A DNA stretch of 7,676 bases from a virus (taxonomy: Duplodnaviria > Heunggongvirae > Uroviricota > Caudoviricetes), in the IMG/VR virus record IMGVR_UViG_2623620491_000013, positions 1 through 7,676 of that record. One strand, 5' to 3'. Positions 1 through 7,073 of the stretch are shown here, in pieces. A program made the position numbers and the translations under genes. Positions within the stretch are counted from its first letter, which is position 1; the number at the start of each line of letters is the position of its first letter. Below the pieces are notes generated by a model. The model was not told where the DNA came from. It made no database searches and saw only the letters and a list, made by a program, of their open reading frames with translations.

Positions 1-261
1 AAGCGTGCGTATTGCCTGAAAACACAACCCGCTACGGGGGAGACTTACCCGAAATCTGATTTATTCAACAAAGCCCGTCAGTGTGTGACCCCTGGCGATT
101 ATGTTCTTTATGAAGGTCGGACATATATCGCCTCGGCAAACAATATTAAAAAGAGAAAACTTTATATTCGTAGCCTGACTACAAAAACATGCATTTCTGA
201 CTGCATGATTAAAGTCTTCCTCGGTCGTGATGGTTTACCTGTAAAGGCGGAGTCATGGTAA
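1..261 (+). CDS. 3' end of an upstream prophage ORF, truncated by the window edge; product unknown
   Basis: Frame 1 is open from position 1 to TAA at 259-261 (86 sense codons, only in-frame ATG near the end), so an ATG-anchored ORF track misses it. Its stop overlaps the next start (TAATG). In the Rac gene order this slot is a kil-type gene, but I cannot confirm that from sequence. Confidence 0.4.
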   Translation, partial: KRAYCLKTQPATGETYPKSDLFNKARQCVTPGDYVLYEGRTYIASANNIKKRKLYIRSLTTKTCISDCMIKVFLGRDGLPVKAESW

Positions 262-431
262 TGACTAAGAAAATAAAATGTGCTTATCACCTTTGCAATA
301 AAGAAATTGAAGAAAGCAAAATCATTACAAGACCACTTCATTTCATGCGTGGAGTTATACCAACGACGGAAATGAAAAAATATTGTAGTGAAATCTGTGC
401 CGAAAAAGACCAGATGGCACACGAACTTTAA
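261..431 (+). CDS. Small Cys4 zinc-ribbon protein, 56 aa (ydaE-like by position and length)
   Basis: ATG at 261 overlaps the upstream stop (TAATG); GGAG at 249-252 with 8-nt spacing; stop TAA at 429-431. Four Cys arranged C-x4-C ... C-x3-C (KCAYHLC ... YCSEIC). Not in the supplied ORF track (below size cut-off); the antisense 86-aa track ORF 162-422 is the less plausible reading. Confidence 0.55.
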   Translation: MTKKIKCAYHLCNKEIEESKIITRPLHFMRGVIPTTEMKKYCSEICAEKDQMAHEL

Positions 432-505
432 TTAACTGACTATCCGAAACTGAATTTATGCCAGCAATGGCAGGGATTCGCTCAACCTTAATTAAGGAGA
501 AAAAC

Positions 506-781
506 ATGATTACCAGTTATGAAGCCACTGTTGTTACTACTGATGACATTGTTCACGAAGTCAGCCTGGAAGGAAAGCGTATTGGCTACGTGATTAAAAC
601 AGAAAATAAAGAAGCCCCTTTCACTGTGGTTGATATCGACGGTCCATCAGGCAACGTTAAAACACTTAACGAAGGCGTCAAAAAAATGTGCCTAGTGCAT
701 ATCGGAAAGAATCTGCCCGCAGAAAAAAAAGCCGAATTTCTGGCAACTCTGATTGCAATGAAATTAAAAGGTGAAATCTGA
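506..781 (+). CDS. RacC-like small prophage protein, 91 aa
   Basis: ATG at 506 preceded by AAGGAG (494-499, 6-nt spacer); internal start of track ORF 458-781. Size and position immediately upstream of recE match racC of Rac-type prophages; assigned by synteny, not sequence recognition. Confidence 0.55.
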   Translation: MITSYEATVVTTDDIVHEVSLEGKRIGYVIKTENKEAPFTVVDIDGPSGNVKTLNEGVKKMCLVHIGKNLPAEKKAEFLATLIAMKLKGEI

Positions 782-787
782 AGAAAT

Positions 788-808
788 AGCCTGCGTATGA
801 CGCAGGCT
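788..808 (+). other. Perfect hairpin (9-bp stem AGCCTGCGT / ACGCAGGCT, 3-nt loop) in the racC-recE spacer, no U-tract
   Basis: Inverted repeat read directly from the sequence. Not followed by a T-run, so not a canonical intrinsic terminator; possibly an RNA processing/stability element or a protein-binding palindrome. Confidence 0.4.
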
Positions 809-880
809 ATGAACAGTGTGTATCCGGCAAGATTATTCACTGAACAAACGAATTTTAATCTGAGTTGAGGTTAAAAAACA

Positions 881-3800
881 ATGAGCACCGATAAACAAGT
901 TTACCCACTGTATTACGAAGCAAAAAATGACAAAGTAAGAAAACGTCTCGGTATTAAAGGCGGTTTTTACTGGGCTGAAGCGAAAAAATTATCCATTGCC
1001 ATCTCCCGTGGTGCTGTTGCGATTGACGATGCTGGCTACGATGAAGATGACTTCAAAAAACCTGTTCGCGTCAATTTGCCCGTTGTTGATGACCTCCCGC
1101 CAGAAGGCGTATTTGATACGGAATTCTGCAACCGTTACGAAAAAGGCGGGGAAGATGGCATCACAATGGTATTTATCGCGCCCTCACCCTCTGCGCAGGG
1201 CAAACCAGCCAGCACTGACAACACCAATGTTAATGGCGAAGACATGACGGAGATTGAGGAGAATATGCTACTCCCGATTTCTGGCCAGGAGCTGCCCATT
1301 CGCTGGCTTGCTCAACACGGCAGCGAAAAACCGGTAACGCACGTTTCACGCGACGAACTCCAGGCATTACACATTGCACGGGCTGAGGAACTACCAGCTG
1401 TTACTGCCCTGGCTGTTTCCCACAAAACCAGCCTGCTCGATCCGCTGGAAATTCGCGATCTCCACAAACTGGTGCGTGATACTGACAGAGTTTTCCCTAA
1501 TCCAGGCAATTCAAGCCTGGGGCTGATGACTGCTTTTTTCGAAGCATACATGGACGCAGACTACACCGATCGCGGTCTGCTGACAAAAGAGTGGATGAAA
1601 GGAAATCGTGTTTCACGCATCACGCGCACGGCTTCCGGCGCTAATGCTGGCGGCGGGAACCTCACCGATCGCGGCGAAGGTTTCGTTCACGATCTGACGT
1701 CACTGGCGCGCGACGTAGCCACTGGCGTACTGGCCCGTTCAATGGACGTGGACATTTATAACCTTCATCCGGCACACGCTAAACGTGTCGAGGAAATTAT
1801 CGCTGAAAATAAACCGCCCTTTTCTGTTTTCCGCGACAAATTCATCACCATGCCTGGCGGGCTGGATTATTCCCGTGCCATCGTGGTTGCGTCCGTAAAA
1901 GAAGCACCAATTGGGATCGAGGTTATCCCCGCACACGTCACTGAATATCTGAACAAAGTACTGACTGAAACTGATCATGCCAACCCTGATCCAGAAATCG
2001 TGGATATTGCCTGCGGTCGTTCCTCTGCCCCGATGCCGCAGCGTGTAACAGAAGAAGAAAAACAGGATGATGAAGAAAAACTGCAACCATCTTGCGCAAT
2101 GGCAGATGAACAGGCAACGGCTGAAACAGTGGAACCGGATGCAACTGAACATCATCAGGACACGCAGCCGCTGGATGCTCAGTCACAGGTAAATTCTGTT
2201 GATGCGAAATATCAGAAACTGCGGGCAGAACTCCATGAAGCCCGGAAAAACATTCCGCCCAAAAATCCTGTCGATGCAGACAAATTACTGGCTGCCTCTC
2301 GCGGAGAATTTGTTGAAGGGATTAGCGACCCGAATGATCCGAAATGGGTTAAGGGGATCCAGACCCGCGACTCTGTGTATCAGAATCAGCCAGAAACGGA
2401 ACAGAACGACCCAAATACGCAACAAAACGAGCCAGAAACGAAACAGCCTGAGCCAGTAGTGCAACAACAGGAAACGGAGAAAGTTTGCACCGCCTGCGGT
2501 AAGGCTGGCGGCGGCAACTGTCCTGACTGTGGCGCGGTGATGGGCGACGCAACGTATCAGAAAACCTTTAATGAAGAAAATCAGAATGAATATCAGGAAA
2601 AAGGTCTGGAGGAAATGGAAGGTGCTGAACATCCGCACAAGGAGAACGCTGGCAGCAATCCGCATTGCGATTGCAGTGATGAAGCTGGTGAAGCGACAGC
2701 ACCTGTAGTAACTGAAATCATGTGGCCGTCATATTTCGAGCCTGGCCGCTATGAAAACCTCCCGAACGAGGTTTATCACTCCGCCAACGGAATAAGCAGC
2801 ACAATGCTGAAGGATGCCCGCATCAGCCTGATGTATTACCACGGACGGCACATTGCCGGAACTATTCTGGGCGAGGAAAGTGATGCATTGCTGCGTGGGC
2901 GGATTATTCACAGCTATGTTCTGGAAACGGATAAATTCGCTGATGAGTATGCCATTCCGGTACCGGTTCCTGAATATGTGGTTACTACTTCTAACGAACT
3001 GATCGCCATCATTAAAAAACACAATGCCAGTCTGCCAGCACTGATGACACCAGAGCAGATGAAAGAGTGGATCGAAAGCTACAACAGCACTCTTATACAG
3101 CCACTGTCGGTAAGTGCCGGGGCCGAAGAAACAGGCATCCTTTACGGTTCGCTTCCGGAGGAATTCCGGCGTATTCCTGAGGGGGAAAAACACACAGCAT
3201 CAGCAATGAAAGCCTGTATTAAAGAATACAACGCAAGCCTCCCTCCTCTGCTGAAAGCCAGTGGAACACGGGAGCAGCTCCTGGAGCAAATTGAAACTGT
3301 AGATCCAGAACTGGCAAAAAAAGAACGTGCTAAATCTTTGCCTTACAACATCAGTGGCACAAAAGAGCAATTAACCGAAATCGCCCGGAAAATTCGCCCG
3401 GAACTGGTGACACTGGAGGACTGGCAAAAACGCCAGCAAGAAGAAAACGCCGGGAAAATGTTTATCAGTCCGGATATGTATGAACAGGCAAAAAATATTC
3501 ACGCAGCACTGCAAAACAATACTGATGCAGCAAGGCTACTCAACCACCCGGATCGCAAATCTGAAATCAGCTATTTCGGGTTTGATGAAGAAACCGGGCT
3601 GGAAATCAGGGTCCGTCCTGATATCGAAATCCGGCTGCCATACGAAAGCATTTGCGCCGACGTGAAGTCAGTCAGCCTCGGTTATGTGCGACAGGAACGA
3701 CTGAAAGATCGCCTGCACCGTGAAATTATTGAGCGTGATTATCACCTCAGCGCAGCAATGTATTGCGATGTGGCAAACCTGGACAAATTTTTCTGGATCT

Positions 3801-4009
3801 TCGTCAACAAAGATGCTGGCTATCACTGGGTGGCCGTCGTGGAAGCCTCGCAGGAACTCCTGGAACTTGGTCGACAGGAATATCGCCGGACGCTACGACA
3901 GATAAACGAAGCTCTGGAGACAAACAACTGGCCAGCACCGATTACCGAAAGTTATACCGACGAATTAAACGACTTTGATCTTCGTCGTTTTGAAGCACTG
4001 AGCATCTGA
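881..4009 (+). CDS. recE: Exodeoxyribonuclease VIII (RecE), 1042 aa, with C-terminal PD-(D/E)xK nuclease domain
   Basis: ATG at 881 with GAGG at 867-870. Protein contains segments I recognise as RecE-like ([43 protein letters not shown]...). C-terminal nuclease motif P913-D914 ... D927-V-K929 ([19 protein letters not shown]). Followed by a coupled annealing-protein gene and ralR, the Rac recET-lar arrangement. Confidence 0.82.
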   Translation: MSTDKQVYPLYYEAKNDKVRKRLGIKGGFYWAEAKKLSIAISRGAVAIDDAGYDEDDFKKPVRVNLPVVDDLPPEGVFDTEFCNRYEKGGEDGITMVFIAPSPSAQGKPASTDNTNVNGEDMTEIEENMLLPISGQELPIRWLAQHGSEKPVTHVSRDELQALHIARAEELPAVTALAVSHKTSLLDPLEIRDLHKLVRDTDRVFPNPGNSSLGLMTAFFEAYMDADYTDRGLLTKEWMKGNRVSRITRTASGANAGGGNLTDRGEGFVHDLTSLARDVATGVLARSMDVDIYNLHPAHAKRVEEIIAENKPPFSVFRDKFITMPGGLDYSRAIVVASVKEAPIGIEVIPAHVTEYLNKVLTETDHANPDPEIVDIACGRSSAPMPQRVTEEEKQDDEEKLQPSCAMADEQATAETVEPDATEHHQDTQPLDAQSQVNSVDAKYQKLRAELHEARKNIPPKNPVDADKLLAASRGEFVEGISDPNDPKWVKGIQTRDSVYQNQPETEQNDPNTQQNEPETKQPEPVVQQQETEKVCTACGKAGGGNCPDCGAVMGDATYQKTFNEENQNEYQEKGLEEMEGAEHPHKENAGSNPHCDCSDEAGEATAPVVTEIMWPSYFEPGRYENLPNEVYHSANGISSTMLKDARISLMYYHGRHIAGTILGEESDALLRGRIIHSYVLETDKFADEYAIPVPVPEYVVTTSNELIAIIKKHNASLPALMTPEQMKEWIESYNSTLIQPLSVSAGAEETGILYGSLPEEFRRIPEGEKHTASAMKACIKEYNASLPPLLKASGTREQLLEQIETVDPELAKKERAKSLPYNISGTKEQLTEIARKIRPELVTLEDWQKRQQEENAGKMFISPDMYEQAKNIHAALQNNTDAARLLNHPDRKSEISYFGFDEETGLEIRVRPDIEIRLPYESICADVKSVSLGYVRQERLKDRLHREIIERDYHLSAAMYCDVANLDKFFWIFVNKDAGYHWVAVVEASQELLELGRQEYRRTLRQINEALETNNWPAPITESYTDELNDFDLRRFEALSI
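2486..2533 (+). other. Cys4 zinc-ribbon/knuckle motif inside RecE (C536-x2-C539-x7-C547-x2-C550)
   Basis: [16 protein letters not shown] read from the recE translation; sits just downstream of a Q/E/P/T-rich low-complexity linker. Confidence 0.5.
3005..3410 (+). repeat. Three imperfect tandem coding repeats (about 35-40 aa each) within the RecE C-terminal region
   Basis: Protein copies [23 protein letters not shown] / [27 protein letters not shown] / [21 protein letters not shown]. Nucleotide copies attaaaaaacacaatgccagtctgccagcactg (about 3011) and attaaagaatacaacgcaagcctccctcctctg (about 3218). Confidence 0.55.
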
Positions 4010-4020
4010 GGAAGGACACA

Positions 4021-5073
4021 ATGAACGAATTAACTCAACAAGAAAATATTAACTCTAATGTTGCGGTTTTCAGCCCTCAGTCCCTGGCTGCAATTCAGAC
4101 ATTTTCCCAGGTAATGGCTTCCGGCATGGCTACTGTACCGGAACACCTCCGGGGAAATCCATCAGACTGCATGGCCATCACCATGCAGGCGATGCAGTGG
4201 CAAATGAACCCTTACGCAGTAGCTCAGAAAACTTTCGTTGTGAATGGTGTGCTCGGATATGAAGCGCAACTGGTTAATGCCGTAATCAGTACTCGTGGGC
4301 CGCTAACCGGGCGTATTGAATATGACTGGTTCGGGCCGTGGGAAAAAATTATCGGGAAATTTGAAATTAGGAAGAACGACAAGGGGAAAGAATATCGTGT
4401 ACCTGGCTGGAAGCTGGCCGATGAAAACGGGATCGGAGTTCGCGTCCAGGCAACACTACGCGGAGAGAGCAAGCCACGCGTACTGGAGTTACTTCTGGCG
4501 CAGGCCAGAACACGTAACTCAACGTTATGGGCCGATGATCCTCGCCAGCAGCTTGCCTATCTGGCACTGAAACGCTGGGCGCGCCTTTATTGCCCTGAAG
4601 TGATTCTTGGAGTGTACACCCGGGACGAACTGGACGAACCACAGGAAAAAATCATTAATCCGGTTCAGGAACATAAAAATACATCCGCCTGCCGTGCGGA
4701 ACGTGAAACAACAATTATTGAGCAGGATGCCGGGGAAAACTGGATCAGTGCTTTCCGTGAACGTATTGAGCAGGCACAAAGCACCGGAGAAACAACATCA
4801 CTTCGCCAGGAAGTGGAAGATCATAAAAATACACTTGGCGCTCTCTACACAGAACTTAAAGGAAAAGTGGTTCAGCGTCATCACCGTCTCAATGCTATTG
4901 CCCGTATTGAGACGATGATAAATGACCTGCCTTCATCAGGTGATCCAGAAGCAGAACAAAAATTTATTGCTCTGGAAAATACGCTGAATGCTGCACGACC
5001 ACATCTGGGAGAATTATATGAGGCGTATAAAACGACACTGACAGATATGAAACCAGAATATATCGGCTCCTGA
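4021..5073 (+). CDS. RecT/Red-beta-family single-strand annealing protein, 350 aa, with a long C-terminal helical extension
   Basis: ATG at 4021; RBS GAGGAAGG (4008-4015) overlaps the recE stop (TGA 4007-4009), indicating translational coupling. N-terminal half has a Bet/RecT-like pattern (GNPSDCMAI...QWQMNPYAVAQK...GVLGYEAQ; LWADDPRQQLAYLALKRWARLY). I did not recognise the canonical K-12 RecT sequence, so the family assignment is by motif and position. Confidence 0.7.
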   Translation: MNELTQQENINSNVAVFSPQSLAAIQTFSQVMASGMATVPEHLRGNPSDCMAITMQAMQWQMNPYAVAQKTFVVNGVLGYEAQLVNAVISTRGPLTGRIEYDWFGPWEKIIGKFEIRKNDKGKEYRVPGWKLADENGIGVRVQATLRGESKPRVLELLLAQARTRNSTLWADDPRQQLAYLALKRWARLYCPEVILGVYTRDELDEPQEKIINPVQEHKNTSACRAERETTIIEQDAGENWISAFRERIEQAQSTGETTSLRQEVEDHKNTLGALYTELKGKVVQRHHRLNAIARIETMINDLPSSGDPEAEQKFIALENTLNAARPHLGELYEAYKTTLTDMKPEYIGS

Positions 5074-5080
5074 TATTTAC

Positions 5081-5106
5081 TATGGCGGTGTAGCCTCACC
5101 GCCATA
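5081..5106 (+). other. Perfect 10-bp stem hairpin (TATGGCGGTG / CACCGCCATA, 6-nt loop) between the annealing-protein stop and ralR
   Basis: Read directly from the sequence. Followed after 8 nt by a T-rich stretch (ACAAAACTTTATTTTA), so a weak terminator or leader structure for ralR. Overlaps the direct-repeat copy at 5074-5090. Confidence 0.45.
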
Positions 5107-5136
5107 ACAAAACTTTATTTTATGAGAGAAAAGACA

Positions 5137-5331
5137 ATGCGGTATGAAAAAGTCAAACCATGTCCGTTTTGTGGTTGTCCATCAGTAACGGTGAAAGCCA
5201 TTTCAGGATATTACCGCGCAAAGTGTAACGGATGCGAATCCCGAACCGGCTATAGTGGAAGTGAAAAAGAAGCACTCGAAAGATGGAATAAACGAACTAC
5301 TGGAAATAATAATGGAGGTGTTCATGTATAA
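5137..5331 (+). CDS. ralR: RalR (Lar): restriction-alleviation protein, reported to be the DNase toxin of a type I toxin-antitoxin pair in Rac
   Basis: 64 aa from ATG 5137 (purine-rich RBS GAGAGAAAAG at 5124-5133). Sequence MRYEKVKPCPFCGCPSVTVKAISGYYRAKCNGCESRTGYSGSEKEALERWNKR is recognised as Lar/RalR, with a C-x2-C ... C-x2-C zinc ribbon. The track ORF 5122-5331 is a 5-codon upstream extension. Confidence 0.85.
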   Translation: MRYEKVKPCPFCGCPSVTVKAISGYYRAKCNGCESRTGYSGSEKEALERWNKRTTGNNNGGVHV

Positions 5332-5512
5332 AATTACTACCACTATTGAAAAGGAAGGTGGCACTCCTACTAACTGGACAAGATATTCAAAATCTAAATT
5401 AACGAAATCAGAATGCGAAAAAATGCTCTCAGGGAAAAAAGAAGCAGGCGTTTCCAGAGAGCAGAAAGTAAAGCTGATAAATTTTAATTGCGAGAAACTT
5501 CTGTCCTCGTGA
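5324..5512 (+). CDS. YdaC-like small protein, 62 aa, overlapping the ralR 3' end
   Basis: ATG at 5324 with GGAGG at 5314-5318 (5-nt spacer); out-of-frame 8-nt overlap with the ralR stop (ATGTATAA). The track ORF 5255-5512 gives a longer N-terminus that lies inside ralR. Assigned by position in the Rac-type order. Confidence 0.5.
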   Translation: MYKITTTIEKEGGTPTNWTRYSKSKLTKSECEKMLSGKKEAGVSREQKVKLINFNCEKLLSS

Positions 5513-5567
5513 GTTGCATTATATACAAATTAGAACTTCATAGCTGATTATTAAAAATCAACCACAT

Positions 5568-5596
5568 CCGCCAGTATTCTGTATATTTACTGGCGG
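5568..5596 (+). other. Hairpin (9-bp stem CCGCCAGTA / TACTGGCGG, 11-nt loop) in the ydaC-xis spacer
   Basis: Read directly from the sequence; carries the second copy of the direct repeat ATATTTACT..GGCGGT also found at 5074-5090. Confidence 0.45.
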
Positions 5597-5618
5597 TCAT
5601 ATCGTAAGAGGTATGGCA

Positions 5619-5900
5619 ATGAATCTTGTGACACTCAAAACGTGGGGAAAACTCAGATATCCGGATAACCCACCATCAATATCAACGCTGAGACGATGGG
5701 CAAGGAATGGAAACATTTATCCTGCACCTGAACTACACGGGAGGAGTTACAGGGTGGTTCCGGAGGCTTTCTATATCAACCCAAATAAGGTTGATACCGA
5801 TATAACACACCATCAGCCTAATGGGCGACAAGGGAGAGACAGTCCGTTACTGGAGAAGTTAAAACATGCAGCGGAAAAAATACGATCCCAATTTGCCTAA
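5619..5900 (+). CDS. xis: Excisionase (Xis-like DNA-binding protein)
   Basis: Preferred start ATG 5619 (AAGAGG at 5606-5611, 7-nt spacer); the track start 5613 sits too close to the RBS. Overlaps the int start by 35 nt, as in lambda xis-int. Basic N-terminus with TLRRWARNG resembles the lambda Xis RRW region. Confidence 0.7.
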   Translation: MNLVTLKTWGKLRYPDNPPSISTLRRWARNGNIYPAPELHGRSYRVVPEAFYINPNKVDTDITHHQPNGRQGRDSPLLEKLKHAAEKIRSQFA

Positions 5901-6942
5901 AAACTTAACATATCGAAGGAGGGACAAAGCATATTACTGGCGCAACCCTCTGACGAAAGAAGAATTTACACTAGGTAAAATTTCAAGAAGAGATGCAGTA
6001 GCGCAGGCAATTGAAGCAAATCATTATATATACAAAAACTACTCTCCTGCTGCCTTAATTGAAAAGCTTAAAGGGTTCGACTCATTTACTATGGCAGACT
6101 GGATTGAACGTTACAAAACGATTCTTATAAGGAGAAAAGTGTCCAGAAATACTTATAAAATTCGGGTAAATCAACTGGAGACAATAAAAGAAAAATTGGG
6201 AGAGATTTTACTGACAGAAATAACCACTCGCCATATTGCCGAGTTTCTTGATTTGTGGATTGAAGGAGGGAAAAACACAATGGCAGGATCAATGCGTTCT
6301 GTGTTGTCTGATATGTTTCGTGAGGCCATTGTTGAAGGACGTATATCTCAAAATCCAGTAACGCCAACAAGAGCACCGAAAATAGTAGTTACAAGAGAAC
6401 GACTGAAACTAAAGACATACAACTGCATCAGGGAGGCAGCAGATCAACTTCCGGCATGGTTCCCATTAGCTATGGATTTAGCCCTTGTAACAGGACAACG
6501 TCGCGAAGACATAACGAATATGCGGTTTAGTGATATTTATGATGATCGTCTCCACATCAGGCAAATTAAGACAGGAATGATGATTGCTATCCCCCTGTCA
6601 CTCAGCCTTCCTGTCGCTGGTCTACGGCTTGGTACAGTAGTTGAACAGTGCCGCCTGGTAAGCCGGGGAGATTATCTAATCAGTGCCGGGATTAGAAAAA
6701 ACAGCCCTGACGGCAGCATTCACCCGGATGGCCTGACAAAAAAATTTGTCGCAGCCAGAAAATTAACAGGTATCCAGTTCAGTGAAAACCCACCAACTTT
6801 TCACGAGATCAGAAGTCTGGCTGGACGATTGTACAAAGAAACATGTGGAGAAGAATTTGCTCAGCGTCTACTTGGCCACACATCGGAGAAGACAACAAAA
6901 ATGTACCTTGATGAGAGAGAAAAAACGTACTTACTGCTCTGA
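5866..6942 (+). CDS. int: Lambda-family tyrosine integrase with N-terminal arm-binding domain
   Basis: 358 aa, colinear with lambda Int. N-terminus [22 protein letters not shown] matches lambda NLYIRNNGYYCYRDPRTGKEF; catalytic-region motifs [35 protein letters not shown] and [13 protein letters not shown] include the catalytic Tyr. GGAG at 5852-5855. Confidence 0.93.
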   Translation: MQRKKYDPNLPKNLTYRRRDKAYYWRNPLTKEEFTLGKISRRDAVAQAIEANHYIYKNYSPAALIEKLKGFDSFTMADWIERYKTILIRRKVSRNTYKIRVNQLETIKEKLGEILLTEITTRHIAEFLDLWIEGGKNTMAGSMRSVLSDMFREAIVEGRISQNPVTPTRAPKIVVTRERLKLKTYNCIREAADQLPAWFPLAMDLALVTGQRREDITNMRFSDIYDDRLHIRQIKTGMMIAIPLSLSLPVAGLRLGTVVEQCRLVSRGDYLISAGIRKNSPDGSIHPDGLTKKFVAARKLTGIQFSENPPTFHEIRSLAGRLYKETCGEEFAQRLLGHTSEKTTKMYLDEREKTYLLL

Positions 6943-7008
6943 TTTTAACGTAAATGGATTGTTAAATGTATTTTGGTTGTGATATAACCAAAAAAGACTG
7001 GAATACAG

Positions 7009-7039
7009 AAATTCGAGTAAATTTCGGGGAATTTCGGGG
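7009..7039 (+). repeat. Tandem direct repeats: exact 10-bp AATTTCGGGG twice (7020-7039) plus a degenerate adjacent copy (7009-7019); candidate arm-type Int binding sites
   Basis: Repeats read directly. Three tandem short direct repeats between the int stop and the putative core mirror the P'1-P'3 arrangement of lambda attP. Function is inferred. Confidence 0.45.
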
Positions 7040-7048
7040 AGACGTTTG

Positions 7049-7061
7049 CAACTGATTGATT
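7049..7061 (-). promoter_or_regulatory. IHF consensus site (AATCAATCAGTTG = WATCAANNNNTTR) on the - strand
   Basis: Exact match to the IHF consensus, lying between the tandem repeats and the sdsR terminator palindrome, analogous to the H' site of lambda attP. Confidence 0.4.
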
Positions 7062-7073
7062 TTAAATACAATT

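Noticed and set aside
162-422. 86-aa ORF on the - strand from the track
   Set aside because: Phe-rich, low-complexity translation antisense to a better-supported + strand 56-aa Cys4 ORF with RBS and TAATG coupling; treated as a six-frame artefact.
586-840. 84-aa ORF on the - strand
   Set aside because: Antisense to the racC-like ORF; no convincing RBS and opposite to the uniform + strand orientation of the module.
797-868. 23-codon ORF starting in the loop of the 788-808 hairpin
   Set aside because: Too short, no RBS, and the start codon is sequestered in a hairpin loop; more likely non-coding.
996-3978. Multiple internal or antisense ORFs within recE (996-1247 +, 1312-1551 -, 1739-2155 -, 1938-2186 -, 2199-2459 +, 2285-2665 -, 2349-2552 -, 2729-3193 -, 3480-3665 +, 3720-3905 +, 3763-3978 +)
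   Set aside because: All lie inside a long, well-supported CDS; translations are low-complexity or Arg/Phe/Trp-rich, as expected for off-frame readings; no independent start signals.
4224-5105. Internal or antisense ORFs within the annealing-protein gene (4224-4472 -, 4316-4570 +, 4367-4642 -, 4525-4779 -, 4607-4918 +, 4881-5105 -)
   Set aside because: Same reasoning: embedded in a supported CDS, with no RBS or family features.
5122-5136. Upstream ATG for ralR (track start 5122)
   Set aside because: ATG 5137 gives the 64-aa protein matching the known Lar/RalR N-terminus (MRYE/D...); the ATG at 5122 would sit inside the purine-rich RBS.
5255-5323. N-terminal extension of the ydaC-like ORF (track start 5255)
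   Set aside because: The extension lies wholly inside ralR in another frame; the ATG at 5324 has a properly spaced GGAGG, so the shorter ORF is preferred.
6782-6982. 66-aa + strand ORF overlapping the int 3' end
   Set aside because: Alternative frame of int with no RBS; runs into the att arm; judged an artefact.
7009-7039. Possible CRISPR-like or other array suggested by the tandem AATTTCGGGG repeats
   Set aside because: Only two exact 10-bp units plus one degenerate copy with no spacers; consistent with integrase arm-type sites, not a CRISPR array.
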